The position numbers were made by a program, and so were the translations under genes. From assembly GCF_009914755.1 (NCBI RefSeq), contig NC_060934.1: DNA of 64,000 bases; one strand, 5' to 3'. The stretch comes from the human T2T-CHM13v2.0 reference genome, Homo sapiens. Position 1 is the first letter of the stretch. Each line of letters opens with the position of its first letter. A model generated the notes under the pieces. That model was not told the DNA's origin, did not search any database, and worked only from the letters and a program-made list of their open reading frames with translations. Positions 40,781 to 56,914 of this stretch are shown piece by piece.

Positions 40781-41126
40781 CTGCAGGGTGCCAAGGACAG
40801 ATGCGTGGGCGACCCCTCACTGCTTGTGTGACTTCCTGTGCTGCTTTGGCTGGGGAACTGAAAATTAATTTCTCAGATTTCCTTGCTACTAGTGATCTGG
40901 ATATAAAATAATGATTCCCCACCTGCTAGCACTATCCAGAGCTGCTTTTTCAGCATTTGCAGAGACTGAGCCACTATTAATACTCACTAGTACATTTAAT
41001 GCCTTGCTATCTAAATCAGCTCCTGTAGATTCTGTATTATTTAACTGAACCCTGTAACTGATACAGTGCTTAATTTGTGTTGAATAACCACTAATAGTCA
41101 TGAAATAACTGACAAACTGCACACAA

Positions 41127-41472
<346 letters not shown>

Positions 41473-41817
41473 TGAATTGTGACATTTTGAGACATCTCCC
41501 TCTGCAAAGCAATGTCTTCGTAGTAATCAACACTGTAGTTATAATAAATCTAAGACATAACTGAAGTCAAAGTACCTGTAATTATCTAGCATATTATTTC
41601 ACAGGCTGAAGGTACATTTGCTTTTAAAATACGCAAATGTGTATTAAAACCAAAAATTTAAAGTCTGTCACTGTGTGGTAAATTCATCTTGCAACTCAGG
41701 TTACACAAACATCTAAGTTAAGAAATGTTATGTTCTTAATGAAAAATACACAATGAATTCCCAACTGAAAACGCTGCTCCTTGTTCTGGTTCAATGCTGC
41801 TTGAAACGTTTATGAAG

Positions 41818-42105
41818 GGTCCATCGCAGTGGCTCATGCCTACAAGCCCAGAGCTTTGGGAGGCTGAGGCTTGAGGATCACTCGAGCCCAGTAGTTTGAG
41901 ACCAGCCTGAGTAACATAATGAGACCCCCATCTCCACAAAACCACAAAAATAAGCTGAGAGTGGTGGTACACACCTTCAGTCTGAGCTGCTCAGGAGGCT
42001 GATGTGGGAGGATGGCTCGAGCCCGTAAGTTTGAGGTTGCAGTGAGCTATGATGGTGCTGCTGCACTCCGGTCTGGGCAACAGAGTATCTCAAAAAAAAG
42101 AAAGA
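41818..42105 (+). mobile_element. Alu (AluJ-like)
   Basis: Diverged dimeric Alu with A-rich tail. Confidence 0.93.
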
Positions 42106-42636
42106 AGGGTTTATGAGAAAGGACCACCCCCGGGGGTATGAATCATACTGTACACTAAGTTAAGGGCCACTCTACCAAAGACAACTCTAAGAAGAAAAAT
42201 AGTTTCAAAGAATAAAGAAGAAGATATGGAAAAGGTGAAAACTCCTCCCCTCTTGCCTCAGGTGGGGGGCAGTACGTGGGAGGTAAGGAAATGAAGGAAG
42301 GCAGTGCATGACAGCCAAGCCAGGCCACTTCCTTCCTTCTCCTCCACCTCTTTCTACCCAGTGTCACACTGCAGGATACCGTAAGACCCTGGGCCACTTA
42401 CTCTAAAACTTCAACATCTCTTTGTCTTCCTGACAGTTTCACTGGGGAAAGTGAACTGTCAGCAACAACAGGCTCACCTTCCACTCATCTTAGTCTTTCT
42501 CTTAATGATTCAATTCAGCAGATGCACACTGGGAAGGCAGGGGAGGCAGACAGAAGAAAGGAGGTAGGGCCCTGGTGCTTTGGAATTTCCAAAATTGCTC
42601 AGTCCATCCTACGCACCTAAAGTTAGTGGAGATTTG

Positions 42637-42904
42637 GGATCGGGCATGGTGGCTCACCCCTGTAATCCCAGCACTTCGGGAGGCTGAGGTGGGTGGATCA
42701 CTTGAGGCCAGGAGTTCGAGACCAGCCTGGCCGGCATGGCGAAATCCTGTCTCTACTGTAATCCCAGCTACTCGGAGGCTGAGGCAGGAGAATCGCATGA
42801 ATCCAGAAGGCGGAGGTTGCAGTGAGCCAAGATTGCGCCACTGCACTCCAGCCTGGGCAACAGAGTGAGACTCCATCTCAAAATAAATAAATAAATAAAC
42901 AAAA
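42637..42904 (+). mobile_element. Alu (AluS-like) lacking the central linker
   Basis: Left arm joins right arm at tctctact|gtaatcccagc; flanking repeat ttagtggagatttggga (42623-42639, 42905-42921). Confidence 0.95.
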
Positions 42905-43965
42905 TTAGTGGAGATTTGGGAAAGGTCTGTATTCTGAAGAACTGGCAATCTGCAGATCGGTGTTAATACCAAGAGAAAACAGCTGCTGTCTCTGAAGTGC
43001 CCAAGCATTTTATAAACAGTGGTTTTTTGGTGAGTGCAGCAGTGTCTCTCCTCACTATGGGGCTTAGATTTAATAAATGGACGAAAGGAAACCCTGCAGT
43101 GAGGGGTTCTGGAATGGCAATGACTTTGCTGGCCGCAGATGCCCAAGGCCATTAATATTTCCAACTTAATTTTGAAAAACACATGTTTCCGTAAATTTTT
43201 CAGGAAAATTTAATCTCATAATTTTTAAAAATGCTATGAAAATATTCAAGGTTGAATTATTTTATTTCCTCAAGGTGAGCTGGACACTCACTCAGATTAA
43301 ACTTCCCCCTAGCAGAAATATCCACTATTAAGGAAATGAAAAACACAGCTCTCACTTTCCAAGAATTTACCATGTGTGGAGAAAAAAAAGACGTGTAAAA
43401 ATAGATACTCAGAGTGGGCAAATGATCCAAATCGTAAGTACAAAAAGCTAAAAATTGGAGAATCTTAGTAACAACGACATCTGTGAAAGGCGTTCTTAAC
43501 ATGGGCTAAGATTTCAGGATCAAAAGGGCAACAGAAGGGAAAGGGGTTAATAAGACCAAACAGTGCTAGTGAAGCTGTCGCTGAGAAACAATGTCTTCAG
43601 AGACAGGTGAGTTTTAAAGTGATTCAGGGGTAGTCAAGTGTGCATTCCCAAGAAAGGGTCTGGTCCAGCTGCTGGTCATGGTGGGGAAGCCCTGCAAGCT
43701 GGAGTTGGGAGACCAGGGTTGTATAATTCTGGGCAGTTAACACCTCTGAGCCCTCCCCTCACATATTTTAATAGGGATGATGGCATCATCCAGCTATATC
43801 TCAAGGCAGCAAATGAGATGTGTGCGACTGCTTTGAAACCTATGAAAGGTTTTACCTGTGAAAGTTCAAATTAAAGCAAATCAAAGAAGGCTACGGCAAA
43901 AGTGGGCCTGGGGCTTTACCCAAGGAAAATGCAGGGGACAGAAATGAGTGGACTGAAAAAACAGT

Positions 43966-44090
43966 GCACCAGGAGGGTGGCTCACACCTATAATCCCTAC
44001 TTTAGAAGGCCAAGGAGGGAGGACCACCTGGGGCCAGGAGTTTGAGACCAGCCTGGGCAACAAAGTGAGACTCTGTCTCTAAAAAAGAAA
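43966..44090 (+). mobile_element. Alu monomer (FLAM-like)
   Basis: Single left-type monomer followed by A-rich tail. Confidence 0.85.
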
Positions 44091-44972
44091 ATTTAAAATT
44101 TAAAAATGAAAATGGAAAAAGGAAATTGTGCCTCAAGAGGCAGGACAGAGGACATACACAAGGTAAATTGATAGAAGCCCTGGGATACCACCAGGTGGAA
44201 AAATAACAATTTGACTCAATTGAAACACTTTGCAAAATACCATCTCTAAGGCAGAGGTCTGAAGATTTTTAAGAAAAGCTGAAGCTCTTAACCCAGTGTA
44301 ACAGGCACCGATCCCTGTCTATGCAGCCATGCACAAGATGAGATCTTCAGAGCTGGAGCCCTCGGCAGGAGGTGGAGGTCTGTTTGTGACTGCTGCCCTG
44401 CCTTCCAGAACCATGGTAATTTATGTTTCTTCTCTGCACAAGCCTGACGCCCCATATTTCAAATGCTGTCTCTTGATTTAGCCAGTTCACAGCTGTGCGG
44501 TCTTTTTCATTTGTCTTAAAATTACAGGTAAGTATAAAGAACAGAAACAACCACATATCTTTTTGATGTATTTCCTTCTAGGCTTTTGTGTTCTAAGTTG
44601 TTTGCAGATGGCTGAACTCATCCTGTAAACAATTCTGCAGCTCAGCGTTTCTCATTTAAAAATTCTTCCAAATATTTTAATGAGTAGGTGCTCAACAACT
44701 ATTTATTAAAATGTAAACATGACTGGATGGCTAGAAAACATTCCGACATGCATCTGTACCACGATTCGCTTACTTACTCATTTATTGACTGTTGCTGAAG
44801 CATACCCTGGCTTTTTACCAAATCTGTGATTTGTGCAAGAGTGGAGTTTCCGGGTTCCTGTGTCAGCCTTAAGAGCTGAGTGTGTTGTGCTGGGTGTGTT
44901 GTGTAGTGTTGCATCGTTCCACTGGAGGGGCACAAAGCGCTGGAGTGGGCATCAATTCCAACTCCAGGCATT

Positions 44973-45167
44973 CCCCCATTAGCATCTTGGGGGAATCAAA
45001 CCAAGAATCCACCAATCCTTAAGGGGCAAGTTCCTATCGATCTGCTCTACGGAGCATTAAGACCTCAATGACCCCAGACCTTGCTGCCATCCTCCTCTCA
45101 ACTCCTATGGCACATTTAATGAAATAATATAGAATTACTCCTAAGTGTTTCATCTCATGTTATTGTT
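44973..45167 (+). repeat. Donor arm of 195-bp long-range inverted repeat
   Basis: Reverse complement matches 48474-48668 at 187/195 positions with no gaps. Confidence 0.97.
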
Positions 45168-45339
45168 TCCTCATGGATGAGTTCTGACTCCCGTGTGAGG
45201 GACACCGGCTGTTCCCGCTCCTCCACATCTACTCAGCTCCTTCTGGTTAGTGTCCTGTGTCCCCACCTGGGGCACCGGCCCCTCTCGAATTCCCAGTCCA
45301 GCTCCAGAAGTGGGAGAGGGGAACTGTGCCTAAAAAAAA

Positions 45340-45985
<646 letters not shown>

Positions 45986-48254
45986 CAGTTAGATTCTAAA
46001 CTCCCTGAGCTTGAGGAAGCCTCTTCCAGTTCCCAACAGGGCCAAGAGCAGTGTTCAGCATTTAATGTACACTTTGGCTCTAGGGCCATATTTTATTTTG
46101 CTTTATATCTGCCCCAACATCTAATACTGTGATTGATATATCAAACATCTGTGTCTTACTTTGTAGCACTCAGGCCACAATTGGAACAGAACATTCTCAG
46201 AAGCACCAACCGCCCCAGACAGCTGGTGGAGATAACTCTGTTGGCAACGCAGTACTTTTTCCTCCCTCTGCAATGGGATGCCTTCACCTCCAGACATCCA
46301 TGGGAGACAGCTGGGAATAACCCCAAAGCACTTAAGATAATGAATGACGTTTAGGAACAAAGCACCAGTCTTCCATCAGCCCTTATCAAAAGGTATTCCA
46401 TATTTCAAGGGACTAAAATTTGTCTTTTCAAGGAACTTCTTCAATTTTATTTTTGACTGTTGTGGGTCAGTAACAAGTCTTCCTAGAGCAATTTTGGATT
46501 TTTCTTTTCACCTGAAGGATCTTCAAAAGGATGCCTTTCAACTCCCTATTCCAAAGCAAAGACAGACGCACTGCTTTGACACGAAAAAAACAGGCTGAAA
46601 CCAATTTAGATTCTACAATGGTAAACCAAAGAGTCTTTAGCCTTGATATAAATGTCTTCTGAAAGAATATGCTTCACCAAATAAAACAAAGACTTGATGT
46701 CATAGCTTGAATTTTGGAAATGTGTCCTTATCCATGTGACTACTTGAAAAAGCAAGAAGTGTAGCTGGCCTGCCCACTTGAAAAACTGAAACCCATTTTG
46801 CCCAGGCATGGAATTAGAGACAGTAAATAAGAACACTGTTATTAAACATCCCATCAATTTTTAATATGGGTGCAATCGCTAAATTTCAAATCTAGTAGTT
46901 TTTTTTCTGGATATAAACTAATGCTATTGTGAAATCATTTTTTAGCTGGACGTAGAAAGTGGGACCTGTTTTTTTCAGGCTAGAAACCCTACTGAGATCA
47001 CTGCTACAGAAATATGTGGCGCCAGAAGTACAGACAGGAAGAGAAACGTGTAATTTTTTTCTAAGCAATCAGCTATGAATAAAATGCAAGAATACTTTAC
47101 TCACCCCACAGGGAAAATGTTTCTTAAAAACTTCCTTTGTTGATCTTCTCAGAATTAGTAGAATTTCAAGGTTTGCTCTACTTTGAATATGTGGCATCAA
47201 AATGTCACACCACAATACAAATCATTTTGGAAAAATACTATAGAAAATGTTAACAGTTAACAAAAGGAGACTAAAAGTGTTGAATGTGACATAAACTGAA
47301 ACGGAAGAAATACTTGGATAACAAGCAAGGTTATTACCGGAAAGAACTGAAATACTTTACAAAATAACACCATCTCTAATACTTGAGGTACATGTATTGG
47401 TGGAGAAAGGGACCACGGTATATTAATGTTTCATATAACTGTAAGAATCTGAGAACTTAAAATACTACCTGTTAAACTGATACAAATAAATTAAAAAGTA
47501 AAGCAGGAAGGATAATAGGCTTAAACTACCAAACATTCAAAATACAGGGAGACAGTGAATTCAAGAACTGCAATTAGAAGCTATTCTATACCTGCTTTTT
47601 TAAAAAATGTAAAGCTTCTTAGACTAGATCTTTACCAAATCTCTATTTCATCAATCCAGTGGGATCATATGGTTGCTGCGCAGCAAAAGATCCCATAAGA
47701 ATGAGAATGTGAACATCTCTCCAGCAGTTATCCTAAGCCCAGGAATGTCACAGGCATTTTACATACATGATCTCAAAAAGTCTGCAGAGCAATTCCATTG
47801 GTGGATATGAATTTTTGTCTCCATTTTATAGAAGAAAAAACTGAGTTTAGAAAAGTTACGTAACTCACCCGAGGTCACAAGGTCATATTCAATCCCATGA
47901 CTATCAGATGACAAAGCCTGGAGCTTTACACATCTTTCTGATAAGGGCTCCATAGGGTTCCTAAGCAAATCTCCAGGCCCCTTGGGGCAGCTCAAGGCTG
48001 CGGAATGTACCCCCACCAGAATCCAAGAAACTTGGGTCTGCCTTGGCTCCGAGGTTGGGACTAGTAATCTTGGTTTGTCAAACCACCACCCCTCTGGCCT
48101 CAGGTCCCTCTGCATAACATGAACAGGTTGGACTGAATGCACCCTGGTTCCTTCTGGCTAACACTTGGATTCCATAGGAAAAAGCTAGCTTTACCCAGTC
48201 TTCAGTCATTTTCTTTTTCTTTTCCTAGGCACATACCACTGAATATACTCATAA

Positions 48255-48855
<601 letters not shown>

Positions 48856-49190
48856 TAGGGTTTGATTTAATAGCCTAAAGGGCAGGTCTATCAGGAATCT
48901 CTTCCTAGGGCTGTTTTCAGACTGAGGCAGGGCTGGCTATCTTTAATTTAGCTTAAACGTCATTTATCACTTGTCTTGCGAAGCAGAGCTCTGGGTCCCT
49001 CCTGGCTGCAAGGTACAGACATTGTGTCCTTAACCACCCCCACAAACTTTGATTGTTTCCAGGACTTTCTGCCTTGCTACACAGATGTGGGCCCCTAGTA
49101 GACATGAAAACCGTCTCACTTCCCCCTACATCCCCAGCACCCACTCCTTGCTACTGTGCCTGGCGCATAATCAGTGTTTATAAATGCTTA

Positions 49191-49598
<408 letters not shown>

Positions 49599-49837
49599 TT
49601 AAACAAATACCAAGCACAGCCCTATCTCACTTTGCACAAAAGATGAGATTTATACCTTGATTCAGCTTGCTAATATTTTCCAAGAACCTAACCTTAATTT
49701 CAAATATAGCCTTTCCTTACATTTTTCTTTAATAATCTGTACAGCCTCCTAACTCTATGACATCAATAAATAATCAATACACCATACTTCTAGAACTCAA
49801 GAAAATGTATAGTACTTTAAAGCAAAAAAAAAAAAGT

Positions 49838-50120
49838 TTATATGAAACTACAATGGTGGATACCTGTCATACATTTGTCAAAACCCACAGAACATGTAAC
49901 ACCAAGAGCAAACCTTAAGGTCACTTTACAGACTCGGTGATAACGACGTGTCAATGTAGGTTCATCAATTGTAACAAACAAGCCACTCAGGTGTGGGACA
50001 ACAGGAGAGCGGTTGTGTGTGTCTGGGGACAGGGAGTTATACAGAATCTCTCCATATTTTCCACTCAGTTTTGCTGTGAAACTAAAATGGCTCTAAAAAT
50101 AAAGCTGATTTTTAAAAAGT
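49838..50120 (+). mobile_element. L1 3' UTR fragment (L1MC1/2-like)
   Basis: actacaatggtggatacctgtcat...aaaacccacagaa...tcaatgtaggttcatcaattgtaacaaa...ctcagttttgctgtgaa. Confidence 0.85.
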
Positions 50121-50354
50121 GAACACCACTTCAGTTAATCCACATTGTTAGAGTCAAATGTTTTAACTTAGACCATGTATTCATCTTTGCAGTTGCAAAG
50201 CACAGTGTGACAAAAACCACTGTTAACTCCAAGTGCCTAAACATTGATCAGATGGAGTTTTCTCATGAAAGCAACACTTATCCTCCAAATTCATCTTGTT
50301 TTTGATTCAGACTTGTATATACTAGTCTATACCTATCTGTGAGGATGATGCTGC

Positions 50355-50668
50355 CTTTTTTTTTTTTTTTTTTTTTTTTTAAGAGATGGGGTCTTGTTCT
50401 GTCGCTCGGGCTGGAGTGCAGTAGCACAGTCATAGCTCACTGCAGCCTCGAACTCCTGGGCTCAAGTGATCCTCCTGCCTCAGTCTTCTGGGTAGCTGGA
50501 CCACAGGCACGCACCACTGTGCCAGGCTAAGTTTTAAAAAAAATTTTTTTTGTAGAAACAATGTCTCACTTTGTTGCCCAGGCTGGTCTCAAATTCCTGG
50601 CCTCAAATGATTCTCCTGCCTCAGCCTCCTAACGTGCTGGGATTACTGGTGTGAGCCACTCACTGGCC
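50355..50668 (-). mobile_element. Alu (AluJ-like)
   Basis: Long poly-T followed by reverse dimeric Alu. Confidence 0.95.
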
Positions 50669-52464
50669 TTAAATAGGAGAACACTTTTAAGTTAAACTAA
50701 GCTCCTTGAGGACAAGGGACTTGCTTTTCATTGCTCTTTATTCCCGATACCTGGTATGTAGTGTGTACCCAATTATTGTTTGGATGAATCAATCGGTAAA
50801 TGAATATATTATTTTCACGGTTTCTGAGCAGAAGTTAGAAACACCGGATGCAAATTCTAGGATGAAGGACCAGAGAGAAGAGGCTGAAAATTAGAAAACA
50901 AGTCTCAGTAGAGAAAGCAAAGACAAACACTGTGAAACATGAGGAACAAGATTGTGATGTGAAAGGAATTCTGTAAAATTTAGCTGGATACCAAAATGGA
51001 TCTTAACAGTCAAAACAACACCCTTGATCATTTATTATAAATCCATCTCTGAAAAGTTGGGTGCAAGGAATGAATGACAAGAAAACAAAAATGTACCCAC
51101 CATTTATACTGCAGGAAGCAGAGGGGAAAAGCTGTCTTTATTTTTGATACTGAATTTTGCATCACCTATTATTTGCCAGATTCTGTACGCTCCTATTCCA
51201 CTTCATTTTCATTTTTACAAATGCCAATTGTTTAATCTAGGCATCCCCATTCTTCCACCAGACTGCATTCTTCCATCACTTACATCTATCTTCCCACACT
51301 CCAACTCCTCTTCTTCTCCTTTATCCCAAATATAATTCAAAGAATCAAGAACCTTTTGTAAGATCACAAGAGTTTTCTCTCTGGTTTGGGTGTAACATTT
51401 CAGGGAGACTCTGCTGAATGCTGAAGATTTCTGAAATGTTGTGCTGTGAGTTTTCCAAAGGCCAACCTCTAAATTTGATATTTGTGCGTATGACAATAGA
51501 TTTGATTGAAAACGTTTTGCACATAATTAAGGGTACTTGCCTTCAGTGTTCAGCTTTGCCCTTTAATATACAGGGTACATCACTGTTTATCTGGGAGAAA
51601 AAGATACTCTTGAGCTAGCTTAAAAGCTTATTTGCTGAGTAAAGTAATATAAAAGAAACTTTTAGCCCGATGACTGCTTGAATGGTTGAAAAAACTCACA
51701 GGCACTCACCAGAAAATGGAGAAATATACTAGCACAGTATATCTAGAGACACCACAGGGGCAAGGAATTAACTAAAACTCCCCCCGCCACAATGGTGAGG
51801 ACACCCAAAGACTATGATACAAATTGTCCCTTCCCATAAAATCTGATAATGTAGCCAAGCTAGGGGAAAGTAAGAGAACTCCAAGCCTGGGCTTACAGAG
51901 ATATGCACACATCTACATGGGGTAATGCAGCAATGCAGCCCCCACACAGTTCTGCAACGTCTGGTGTGTGTCGCCCCAGGGTGAGGAGAAAGAGGAGGCA
52001 ACTGATGAATCCAAAAATCTGGAATTAGATGCACATTCTTTTGGGCTCTGCCACTCCTAGTGACAGTATGGTGACCTCTGGTACATCAGTCATTTGAGCT
52101 TAGTGTCAGCAGTAAACTGAGAGGATCCTGACAATTCCAGCTGTATTTAAATTCTTGGCTTTCCACTTAACTAGCTGTGTGATCTCAAAGGTCACGTCTC
52201 TGAGACTATTTCTTTTTCTGCATAAATGACTCTTTGTTGTGACTGTAACATAGGAAGAGGTATCTGATATATATTTGCTAAGGTAGTAAATCGAGGCTTA
52301 GTTGAAATAATGTATGCCAAGAACTGGCATACAATTAGAGCCTAATAAATGTTCACTACCTTGATTCTCCTCTTCCTCTAACTTTGGAGAAATCTTTTGT
52401 GTATAATTTCCATATGGTTGGTTGTTTGGCTTTTTCTTAATATCTCAAATGAACAAAGCCAATT

Positions 52465-53228
52465 CAACTTTTTTCTAATTATAAAAGTAACACATGTTCA
52501 TTGCAGAAAGAACAAATTATATATTATATTTGTAAACTGACAAATGTATGTAGGTAGCATATTTCATTAAAAGTTTGGGGCTTATATCAGAAAGCTAAAA
52601 GAATACGAAGAGAAAAAATAAAAATCACTGACTATCATCTAGGGATAGTCACTATAAATGTTTTTGATATATATTCTTCTAGACATTTTTCTATACAGTG
52701 TTCCATAAATATTTTTATAAAAGCGGAAAGCACACTAAACATACTATTTTGCAAATTAATTCTACATTAATATTCCACATAAATACACAGTCACATGATT
52801 TGTAATGACATAGGACTCAATTGTGTAACTACACCATCATTTAATCTCACTGTTGTGCATTCACAATTTTCCCCCCATTTTGGCCATTATCAACAGAGTT
52901 GCATGATAAATATCACTGTATATACATTCTTCTAAAAAGACATTCCTAATTAGCTAAATCATAATAAATTCCTAGAGGAAGAATTACTAGGGTCAGGGGT
53001 ATGCCCACTTAAGGCTCTCTCTCTCTCTCCATATATATACATATATATATATATACATATGTATATATACATATATATATATACGTATATATATATACAT
53101 ATATATATATACATATATATATACATATATATATATACATATATATATACATATATATACACATATATATATATATACATATATATATATACATATATAT
53201 ACATATATATATACATATATATATATAC

Positions 53229-53273
<45 letters not shown>

Positions 53274-53640
53274 CACACACATACACACATACACGAACTA
53301 TTGTTCAGAAAGACTATTAAATTACATTCTCATCAGCAATGTGTAACTGTTGTTTTAATTTACATGGATAACTACTGTGACTGAACATATTTATGTTTCC
53401 TGGCTATTTATATTTTTTATCTGTGGTTTTTCCTCTTCATGGTTTTTTTAATTCCATTTTCTACAGAATTACTTTTTCTTGGTGATCACACACAATAGTA
53501 TGCCTTTATGCTTGCCAATTTTTCTCCATTTTTTTCTTTTGATCTTACTTATGATAAGCATTGATAAAAGAAGTTTTCGCTCTTATGTGGTTAAATCTAT
53601 TAGTCTTTAAGCCCTTTGTTTTCTATTTGGTATATACATG
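52465..53640 (-). mobile_element. Very old L1 (L1ME-like) fragment interrupted by a microsatellite
   Basis: tttctaattataaaagtaacacatgttcattgcagaaa...cctagaggaagaattactagggtcaggggtatg...ttacattctcatcagcaatgtgt. Confidence 0.6.
53015..53293. repeat. Compound microsatellite (CT)n-(ATATATAC-type)n-(CA)n
   Basis: Directly visible, ~280 bp. Confidence 0.98.
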
Positions 53641-54372
53641 CTTTTAAACAAAAATTCTACAATCCAAAATGTTTTACTTTTATTTTTTAATGCTAATAAA
53701 TAATGTCCTAGAGTTTCAACATAAAAGAAACATTTAGCTGTATGCTTTCAGTACGAAGTACTACCACAGAGCCACAGACATCTTCTAGGTCTTAAAATAT
53801 ATTACATTTGAAAGTGAGAACTCTGTTTGGGTGAATTAGCAGATTTCATTAAAACTTTGAGGTTTATATTAGAATACTAATAACACAAAATGGAAAACTG
53901 GACATCATTGTTCTTTTGTCCCCCACTCCATGAAAAGTTTTATTTTCCTTTCACATTATATAAACACAGGATCCTTGAAAAAAATTCAAATAGAGAAAAA
54001 TAAGGAAAAAAACATAACATTATTGTAATAGCAATACCCAAGATAACCACAATATTTTGATTTTTGTATACATATCTTTATGGATATATTTAATACATTC
54101 ATATACAAACACACACACATACATTTTTACATAAATGAAAAACTGGCTCTATGATGTCTGTCTTCATCACTTTACTTTTTTCCCTCTAACCAACCTGTGA
54201 CTTTCAAGCCTTAACAAGCCAAGGTGCGCAGCTTGGTTGGTATGTGTGATGACAAAAGCAACAAGAGAAATGCTTTGCGTTTTAAAAATATGAAATCCTA
54301 TTACATATATTTCTCTGAATGTGCCTTTTCCTAAACTACATCATACAGATCCCTCCTACACAACTGGTCTAG

Positions 54373-54764
<392 letters not shown>

Positions 54765-54800
54765 TGTTTCCAATGTTTAGATGCAATATACTATGATGCT

Positions 54801-54889
54801 ATAAATATATTTATATATATAGACATACACATATATATACATACACACACAGACACATACATATATATACATATATATACACACACACA
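54801..54889. repeat. Imperfect (AT)/(AC) microsatellite
   Basis: Directly visible. Confidence 0.9.
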
Positions 54890-56874
54890 GTTTTACTAAT
54901 CAGTACTTTTAGGTCTATGGGATAGATTATCAGAAGTGGGACTGTGAGATCAAAGGCCATATATATTAATTTTGATTACTATTTTCAGATGGCTTTCCAG
55001 GAATGCTATATAAACATACAACATTCTCTACAATGTCTGAAATAGGTTTCTAATAAACTTGACCAAGGAAAGGTTGCCTTGCCACCTATCTTTAGGAAAA
55101 AATCTAATACAACACATTTTAATTATTTTCCCCTAACTCCAATAAGTTTTGATGCTACTTTCATTACTCTCCTTGTTTCCCAATAATGCTTTTACCAATA
55201 TTACATAGGGAAACACAGAAAAGAATACATTACACAAATTCTTCCACCATGAATTTCAAAATAAATATCTGAGAAATGTTGAGAGCTACAATGCCTTTAA
55301 AGTATATTGTATAACTTACTGATTATCAACCAGTTTTTATGATGGCCATCTAAACTCCAGGGGGAGAAAAACGTACCCTCATATAAAAGTCACGGGAGAA
55401 ACCATGACCTTTCAATGCTCTTTTCCCAATCTACCAAAGAAAAGGAACAGCTTTTTATGCAGCAGGAAGGCATTAATTTAGGAAGCCTGTTTTGAAAAAT
55501 TATCGATCCCAAAAGATATTATCAAATACTTAAGTAGAACCAAGGAACAGCTCTAAAATTCTACTCAGAAGGCAATTCCAAACACCCAGGCTAACACAGC
55601 CCCTGTGTCAACATCCTGCAGCTGGCTTATCATCAAATGCTTTCTTCAGCCTGCACAAACCCCAACTGCGGTTCTTCTTAAGTTCTCCCTGCACTGTTTC
55701 CGGCACCTACATTTCTTTTTTTCTTTCTGCAGGCTTCATCTGAAACAGCACTCTCCCAGTAGTCACTTGCATTTGATAAGCCCTACTACCCCTTTGCTCC
55801 CCGAACGTACATTTTCCCATTACATTTGTAGAAAGTTTTTAATAGTCCTATACCGATAGGAATAATATACCAATATAGCATCAGAACAACCAACATCCAC
55901 ATCTCTGCAAGAAAGTTAATCATTGGCCGATGCCATTCTATGAGGCACATGTAAAAAGGGCAGGTGAATCTATTCACTACCTGCTTAATAACAATCACTT
56001 TCCAATTAATATTAATAACTATAGCAAATAACATGGAAAGAAAAAAATACCCACATTTCCAACTCACAGACTATAACTTTGTAAAAATAATAATGTGTTG
56101 ACTGGCACAGAAGTCCTTCATCAGAGTCAGAAAAATATTTGCCCTGATCATGTAAAATGCCTTATTTTGCCAGGTGAAAGTGGGTACTAACGGTTTCACA
56201 TGATGCTTAAAAGAGCAAGATCTTGATCAAGTAGCAAGGAAATTAAAATAACTAGTGTTCAATTATATTCCACAAACTAGCTTTAAATTAATTTAGTTTC
56301 TCAAGTGGAAAAAAGAAAGCAACCACAGAGTTTTGATGTGTGTATTCAAACAGAGCACGTTAAGTCTTGAAATATTACATAATTTTTTTATGAATACCAA
56401 ATTAGAATTATGGTAGCAAACACCTTAAGATTTCACTCTAAGTCCTTTGGCTTTGAATGTGTTGCTTTCATCCAAAAGATTAAAGTGGGAAAGTAATATC
56501 TATGTGGTTTTACTCATTCTTCAACAAACTGAAGATCACTTATAAAATCGATAATCGTAAAAACAAATTTAGCACCTAACAAATGACGTGCTTCTCATGT
56601 CACATTCCATGAGATACACATTTATACACCAAGACATTAATCTGGGAGGTTATAAAATTAAAATTCTCTTAGAAAATGAATCCTTTGCCTTTATTTTTTA
56701 ACTAGAAAATAGATGTCTTCCAGCTTTTCCCAGAAACTAATACTTGTAAAAAGAGGATTTTGAAAAAAACTTTGTAACAATTTTAAAAGTCCTCCAAAAA
56801 GTTTTAGAAGTAAATAATACTTTCATGATTGAAAGGACTCTTAGCCACAGAAAATCCTGAAGTTTTCAGTGAAC

Positions 56875-56877
<3 letters not shown>

Positions 56878-56914
<37 letters not shown>

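Noticed and set aside
42502-43182. Longest ORF (226 aa, minus strand)
   Set aside because: Its core is antisense Alu translation ([13 protein letters not shown]..., [11 protein letters not shown]); no exon structure.
52959-53346. Several Y/I/C/V-rich ORFs
   Set aside because: Translations of the (AT/AC) microsatellite.
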